The notes under the pieces are model-generated. The model worked only from the letters and a program-made list of their open reading frames with translations, did not search any database and had not been told where the DNA came from. The translations under genes and the position numbers were made by a program. A stretch of 64,000 nt of DNA from Lingula anatina (lineage: Eukaryota > Animalia > Brachiopoda): assembly GCA_051362555.1 (NCBI GenBank), contig CM120640.1, positions 20,088,001 through 20,152,000 of the forward strand, written 5' to 3'. The number at the start of each line of letters is the position of its first letter. Position 1 is the first letter of the stretch. Below, piece by piece: positions 50,901-64,000 of the stretch.

Positions 50901-51340
50901 GATAAAAGGGAAGCAAAATTTGCAAAGTTCAATTCATGGTGAAAAGTAGGTCAAAGGTCAATTTCAAGGTCACAGTAAGATTGCCAGTATATGACTTCCT
51001 ATTCAACTTCAATAGTAACTATGGACCTATCTCTTCCAGTTTTGGAGATATAAGGGACTAAATGTTATAATTTCGGAGTTACCTTAATGTGCCATAAATT
51101 TCCTACAGAAAAAATTAATTAAAATAAAGAAAAGGTCATTTTGGTCAAAATTCTTGAAATGGGAGGTGCTCTGAAGTTCCAGAAGTTCAAATTTGATGAA
51201 ATAATGTCATTTTTGACCACAAGTTGTCTGCTTTGCCAAGCCTTATGTTTTATTTTTCCGGAGTTCAAAATTTATTATCCATTACCGTACTGCACTTTTT
51301 GCTTTCACCACCAATATGTACTTTTTGATACAGCGTAACT
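47930..51340. repeat. ~146-bp core repeat array interleaved with four ~290-bp blocks
   Basis: AGGTCAAAGGTCA recurs at 50073, 50219, 50365, 50510, 50656, 50802, 50948. A longer block beginning GGGACTAAATGTTATAAT occurs near 48211, 48792 (MITE-interrupted), 49499 and 51054. Confidence 0.95.
48800..49057. mobile_element. 258-bp palindromic PIF/Harbinger (Tourist-like) MITE
   Basis: TIRs GGCTTCGTTCACATG...CATGTGAACGAAGCC. TAA target-site duplication at 48797-48799 and 49058-49060. Sister repeat copies show the empty site GGGACTAAATGTT. Confidence 0.92.
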
Positions 51341-52359
51341 CGAAAACCGTATGGAATACAAAAAAACGGAGACCACCTCCAGTGTTGGGCTTTATATGCT
51401 CTACAAAATGCAAAAAAGAATGGGTCTCTAGCATTAACGGTTCCCGAATTAGAGACAGTTTTCAGTTTCGGTATCTTATGGCCGCTACACCCGTGAAAAT
51501 GCACCGATTGACCCCAAATTCACACAGATGAAAGATGACCTGAAGGGTAACATTTTCCAATAATATTATTGGTTAAGTCTGTGTGGTGTCTGAATAACAG
51601 CGCAAATAAATTTTTTTTCGTAAAAAAATTCATTTTTTTGAAAATTTTTGCCCGTTTGACCTTGAAATAAAGGTCAAAGGTCAAATCCAAGGGCATATTT
51701 GAAATCTACACATATGACTTTTGGAAAGCTGTCTGTAGAAATTTTTCCCATAATTCCTTCCGTAGGGTAGATAATTAGCATTTAATTTTGCCATTTTTGG
51801 ACAAGGGTGCATTGCAATGAGTGCCACACCTAGACCCCAATACCGACAAAGCCCAAATTTTACGTGGAATGAGTTGAGATTATAGGTGACCTAAATCCAA
51901 GAGATGGGTATGGGGGCCCTTACCGTTTAGGAGGAGAAGCGGTAACGGTAACATGGCGGCGGAGCCGGCGGAGCCGGCGGAGCCGCAGGAGCCGGCGGAG
52001 CCGGCGGAACGGACCGGACGGGACTAAAACCATGTGTACCGCCAGCGCTAACGCTGGTGGTACAATAACTTGGAACATTTTGAGTAACAATGTACAATAT
52101 TTTAAATGGCTGTTGGATAAATGTAAGATGTCGCTGCAGTTTGAACTATTCAGTGGAAAACTGACCGCACCGTTTTGACATTTTCTTGTCCCCAACTCAC
52201 TTACATAATGCTTCTTGTCATAAAAAATACAGGATTTTTTGTTATAAAAGAAATCTCATAGGTGTAAAACTGAACTTCAGCAGATCATTGGTCCATGCCC
52301 TGTCTTTCTTGTAATAGCACCATAATACTGACTTTTCCACAGGCATCAGCCTCTTAGAA

Positions 52360-59790
<7,431 letters not shown>

Positions 59791-60317
59791 TCTGAAATGT
59801 CAATGCTCTCCGCGTGCGTTTTCGTCTTTCCCACAGGCAGCTAGAGATACAATGCTAGGTGAGCGCAGAGAACAGGACAAAATCAGACCGCAAGATGGCG
59901 GAATATGGCTTTTTAGGCTATAAGCAAAAGCCAAATCGAGCCAGGAAGTTTAACTTCACGAATTCACCTTTTCGATGCAATCTTTCTTTTGGCCGTTTTG
60001 AATACTTATTTACATTTTTATCTGATATTTGATGAAATTAAAGTATCCCTATAAGTTATACAGAAGGGTTTCATAACAATCAAGACAGGCTGGATCATAG
60101 TAAGCAGAGTTACATTCCATACAACTAATTATTTTCTGTCAGTAGAAATTATTTTATTAACATCATATGATCACAACAGTAAAATTCATGTATTAATATT
60201 ATAACTACTCTTACATTAATTAAAAAATTAAACATCATATATGTACTGGAGGCATCTATTAATCTCTTAGTCTTACGAAGATGAATAGTGATCGTAATTT
60301 AGCTTCAGTATTTAGAA
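59791..60317. promoter_or_regulatory. Putative bidirectional DDX43/MRGBP promoter
   Basis: About 530 bp separate the divergent ATGs. YY1-type CAAGATGGCGG at 59891-59901 and ETS-type CAGGAAGT at 59942-59949. Confidence 0.6.
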
Positions 60318-62254
60318 ATGGCGGAAGATGATCCAGCTTGGAATGTGGACATGGAAGTTAGTCTTTTCCATGCAATGAGGGGACACAAACCTGTCGGTAA
60401 GAATGTGAGATAAGCCTTAGATTTAAGAGTTTGTAACTGTTGATAATAACGTGACATATCCCTGTTACATTTATATCATTTACACCACCAGCTTTCAAAG
60501 TTTGCTTTACTGACACAGCACATGAGAATGTATTGTTAAACTTTAATTTTTTTTAGTTGGTTTAAGTAAAAGGGGAGAGAGAGGTTGGTAATTTTTCTCT
60601 TTAAAAATACCGTCCTTTTGATGTTTAGAAAAGAGTGCAAAGTTGCTCAATGCTGGAATTTTTTTTTTTTTAATATGAAGGATCTGGGGAAACAAATCTG
60701 TTTGGGGGTTCCTAATTTTCATACTCCTACAAGTCCTAGGACTCACACATGATAATGATATCTTTTTAACGATTAAAGTCAGAGGCTTGAAGTTTGGTGC
60801 ACATGTAGCTACGTATCTGAGTGTGAAAAAGCTTATATTTTTAGCTGTAAGTATCTTTTCACTCTTTGGCAACTTGCCTACCGTTTGAATATAGGTATGT
60901 TGTGTTCTGTTGTTCTGTCTTACAGATCCCTCTTGTCAAATAGGAAGGTAATTTACCCTTCCCCTATAGGGTCCCAACTGAGGCATGACAATAATGATGT
61001 ATGGTATTTAATCTTTTCCTGTATTCAGGTGTGAACAGACACTTCCAGATGCTATTTATCCATGAAAAACTGAACAGTCCAAGCTACAGAAAGGTTTCAT
61101 CAAAACAGATCTGGGCATACCTTGCCACTCTTTATGATCTCCAAGCTTTGGTAAGAATTTTTATTTGCTGTTCTCGGATATTGATCATCTATGATTTTTT
61201 TTGCTGTGTAGTTAAGTAGATATGTGTACAAGTTTTATTTTGTCCTCTTGTAATACTGCTTGGTCATTGACTTGTGGTTTGATTTTCTAATTTGGATTAA
61301 AAATTTTTTAAAATGTGTATCTCACCCTTCAAAATAAATAAATAAAAGAAGGAAAATACTTTATTTATGCTGTACTAAGAGTATTGTGAAATATATTCTC
61401 GGTTTTATCTAGATAAACATTTGACCAGTGGTTTAATATATGTTTAATGTTTCTGTTCTTTCATTTCAGAATGAGTCTGAGATTCTCCCTTTTCCGAATA
61501 AAAGCAATGAATTTTCCCTGCCAGAAGCAGAGTATGGTGATCTCATGAACAAGGAACCATCTAAGACGAGCGGAGGTAAAGATACAGGATCAGAAGATGG
61601 TAAGTAGACTGTGAAATACTGAAAGCAGATAATGTTAAGAAAGTGAAGAAGAGCAAGGAGGCTGGACAGAGGGTGCTGATGACTACACAGCCTCTGGTAG
61701 AAGCTATACCGATAATTATAGCTTCATTGCCTAAAGAAGGCCACTTAAAAAAAACATCAGAATAATAAAGAAAAATAACTAATTAAAACACTTGATTGGA
61801 GAAAATTTTATTTAAAAAGTTGATGCTGTTTAGGGAACTGGTGGGGCAAAATGAGTCACATTCAATTCATTCTTTTAGTCAGTGCAGTGAGAACAGAGAA
61901 AAAGAGTATTCATTTTACCTCTGCATGCACACATTGTTTATCATTTCTGAACTTATCCGCTTGAAGATAGGTCAAGATTTAGCCCATTTACATACATCTC
62001 ATTTTGGTAAAATATGTATATTTTAATTCAATAATTCATTTGTCATTATGGCATGCTTTAGACAGAATTGTTGTATTTCAGTACAAACAACAAAGAGTAC
62101 AAGCAAGTCTTCGGCTTCAAGTACCCCTATACTGACAGCAGCCACACCTGACTCACCCAAGAGGAAAAGAACTCGCCAGACACATTCACAAACTAGTAGC
62201 CCTGCCACGGGAAGTGAGGGAACACCTTCAACTAAAAGAGCAAGGAGAATATGA
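60318..62254 (+). CDS. MRGBP: MRG/MORF4L-binding protein (Eaf7 family, NuA4/TIP60 subunit), 4 exons
   Basis: Exons 60318-60396, 61029-61150, 61470-61599, 62082-62254 give [34 protein letters not shown]...[24 protein letters not shown]...F.LPE...KRARRI-stop. Confidence 0.95.
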
Positions 62255-64000
62255 CTGCTTACCTTAATAGGAAATAGGTTAAGCACAAAAAATGAAAAGC
62301 AATTCCTAAAGATAGGATGGTGATGATGCCTCTAGATCTTTTGGGATGTCGACTGTCACCTTCCAAAGGTGGAGAGAGGGCTTGAATGCCATGGCAGCTC
62401 TCAGTTTACTTGATAGTGGGCAGAGTCCAGTGGCGTGAGATAGCAGAGTCATTTGTTCAGTGCATGGCTCTTTTTAGATACAGTATTTCGACTCAAATGT
62501 GAGAAAGTTGACCAACTGGCATATCAGGTTAGCAGTTTCTATTTCAGTCCTTTAAGTGTTTTTTTTTTTCTTCTTTTCTTTTTTTTTGCTGCATTTCAGT
62601 AATTTTGAAATAATGAAATTAATGGCTCACCTGTTGATTGTTTTCATAGACACAGGTTCTGACTATATTAGCACATTCCTTCTCAAAGTGGAGCAAAGAT
62701 ACTGTTGATAAAGTGAAGATGCCATTTGTTTGAGAAATCATAGTGTACCAGCAATTCTTTAGCATGACAAATCATTCATGCTCTGCTTTTATTATTATTT
62801 TGTAAGTAAATACTGGTCAAAATAAAAATAGATCAAAATCAAAATCTTGTTTTGTGTTTAATAAAAAGCTTTTTATTGTATCAATAATTGGCATATTTTT
62901 ACATTACTGGCAACCTGTTACCCGGTTCACGCACATTTCTGTCAAATACAGACAATTTCTCCATGACTAAGGTCCTAGTCACTCATATTAAAATAATACA
63001 ATAATATTCACATATAAGTTTACAATTATAAGCAACATTGCTTGTTATTAATCTATAATTCTTATAATTTTATTACATGCTATATAACACACTTGCCTTA
63101 AGTCAAGCAAAGTACCCAATTCTTTTAGTCCATGCTTGTTCTATAAACATCTGCATTGTGGATTCCTTTAACTCTTTGATTGCACTGTTCCCTTCAAAAA
63201 TGGGTAGGAAAGGTCATACTTGAAGAATTCAAACATGCATTATATAAATAGAATAAGGAAATGTCATAAACCATTTTGCTATGGTGCATTAAAAAAGTAC
63301 TTATTCAAATGGTCAGTGTGATGGGACAGCTCTATGATAAGTTCATCTCTGAGAACATAACACTTTTTTAATGGAGGTATGTAGTTTAAACAATGAGTCA
63401 AGCAAAATTTATATAAAATATTTCACGTTTACTCAGATGTAACTAAATGTTGGAGGTGAGATTACTTAACACACATGATTAAGTCACTATGTTTCCTCAA
63501 AATACTCCCAAGAATAACCAGGGAGACTGGTTGACGATGAAAACATTTTAACTAGCTGCAATAACATCACTGACATATAAAATTACACTTAATGTGGTGT
63601 TTTAAAGAAAAAAATTCAAATACTTTTACAAACTACATTGAAAGTAAGATGAGCTTGAATGCTGAACTCTTCTATTTGGCAACGAATGTTGTTACAATTT
63701 CAGTTTCAATTTCTAAACATGACACCATATCCAATAATTAATCTCATCATCCACTTTCAAACTTCTCCAAGTATTATGGTTCAGTAAGTTTACAACAACA
63801 ATACTAGTCTCACCTAAGAGGTGATTTAACCCTGTTTAACCTTCACTTAGAACCACCTGTTCCTGCAGTGTCACCTTTAAGACAATATCACTTCCGACTC
63901 TATTTTATAGCAAGTCTGTGGGTGAAATAAATAAAATTGAGCTAAGAGCCCATGTCTTATGTATGACATAAAAATCCAAATTTGTCTATGTTGTAAAAAC

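Larger units (their letters stand above)
47751..52068 (-). mobile_element. Non-autonomous Helentron-associated element (HINE, DINE-1/pearl-like) with internal tandem repeats
   Basis: Subterminal inverted repeats TATTGTACCACCAGC at 47786-47800 and GCTGGTGGTACAATA at 52053-52067. Stem 52035-52064 at one end and short palindrome GAGGCG-atac-CGCCTC at 47766-47781 at the other. (GGCGGAGCC)n microsatellite at ~51955-52010. Core repeat array. AA/TT flanks. No transposase ORF. Confidence 0.8.

Noticed and set aside
47928-51531. Repeated short ORFs (MVKILEMGG..., MTSYSTS...)
   Set aside because: Translations of the non-coding repeat array, with no transposase or helicase motifs and frames broken between copies.
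62310-62365. SECIS-like hairpin after the TGA stop of MRGBP
   Set aside because: Lacks the apical AA motif and proper quartet spacing, and the protein ends at its expected basic C-terminus.

Overview
AT-rich, intron-rich animal genomic DNA, probably a lophotrochozoan invertebrate such as a mollusc (inferred from repeat types, not proven). I reconstructed five spliced protein-coding genes by hand from splice sites and reading frames. (1) The 3' part of a giant type-I membrane mucin-like gene (+, <1-28473): a >10 kb Ser/Thr/Ala/Asp repeat exon followed by Sushi, C-type-lectin-like, NIDO, AMOP, vWD (GDPH), about 18 EGF/cbEGF, SEA-like, TM and cytoplasmic segments. (2) CCDC25 (-) lies head-to-head with (3) an ESCO2-type cohesin acetyltransferase (+), the same arrangement as in human. 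(4) A DDX43-like KH + DEAD-box helicase (-) lies head-to-head with (5) MRGBP (+). Between ESCO2 and DDX43 is a 4.3 kb Helentron-type non-autonomous element whose ~146-bp core repeats carry perfect nuclear-receptor DR1 sites (15 in the element), with a nested PIF/Harbinger MITE. The mucin-CCDC25 interval holds a 34-bp G-rich minisatellite, hairpins and an orphan promoter-like island. I found no tRNA, rRNA, CRISPR or recognisable miRNA. Nothing here proves a new biological system. The best leads are the mosaic acidic mucin with possible secreted isoforms, the nuclear-receptor-site array in the mobile element, and repeated local duplication of splice sites.
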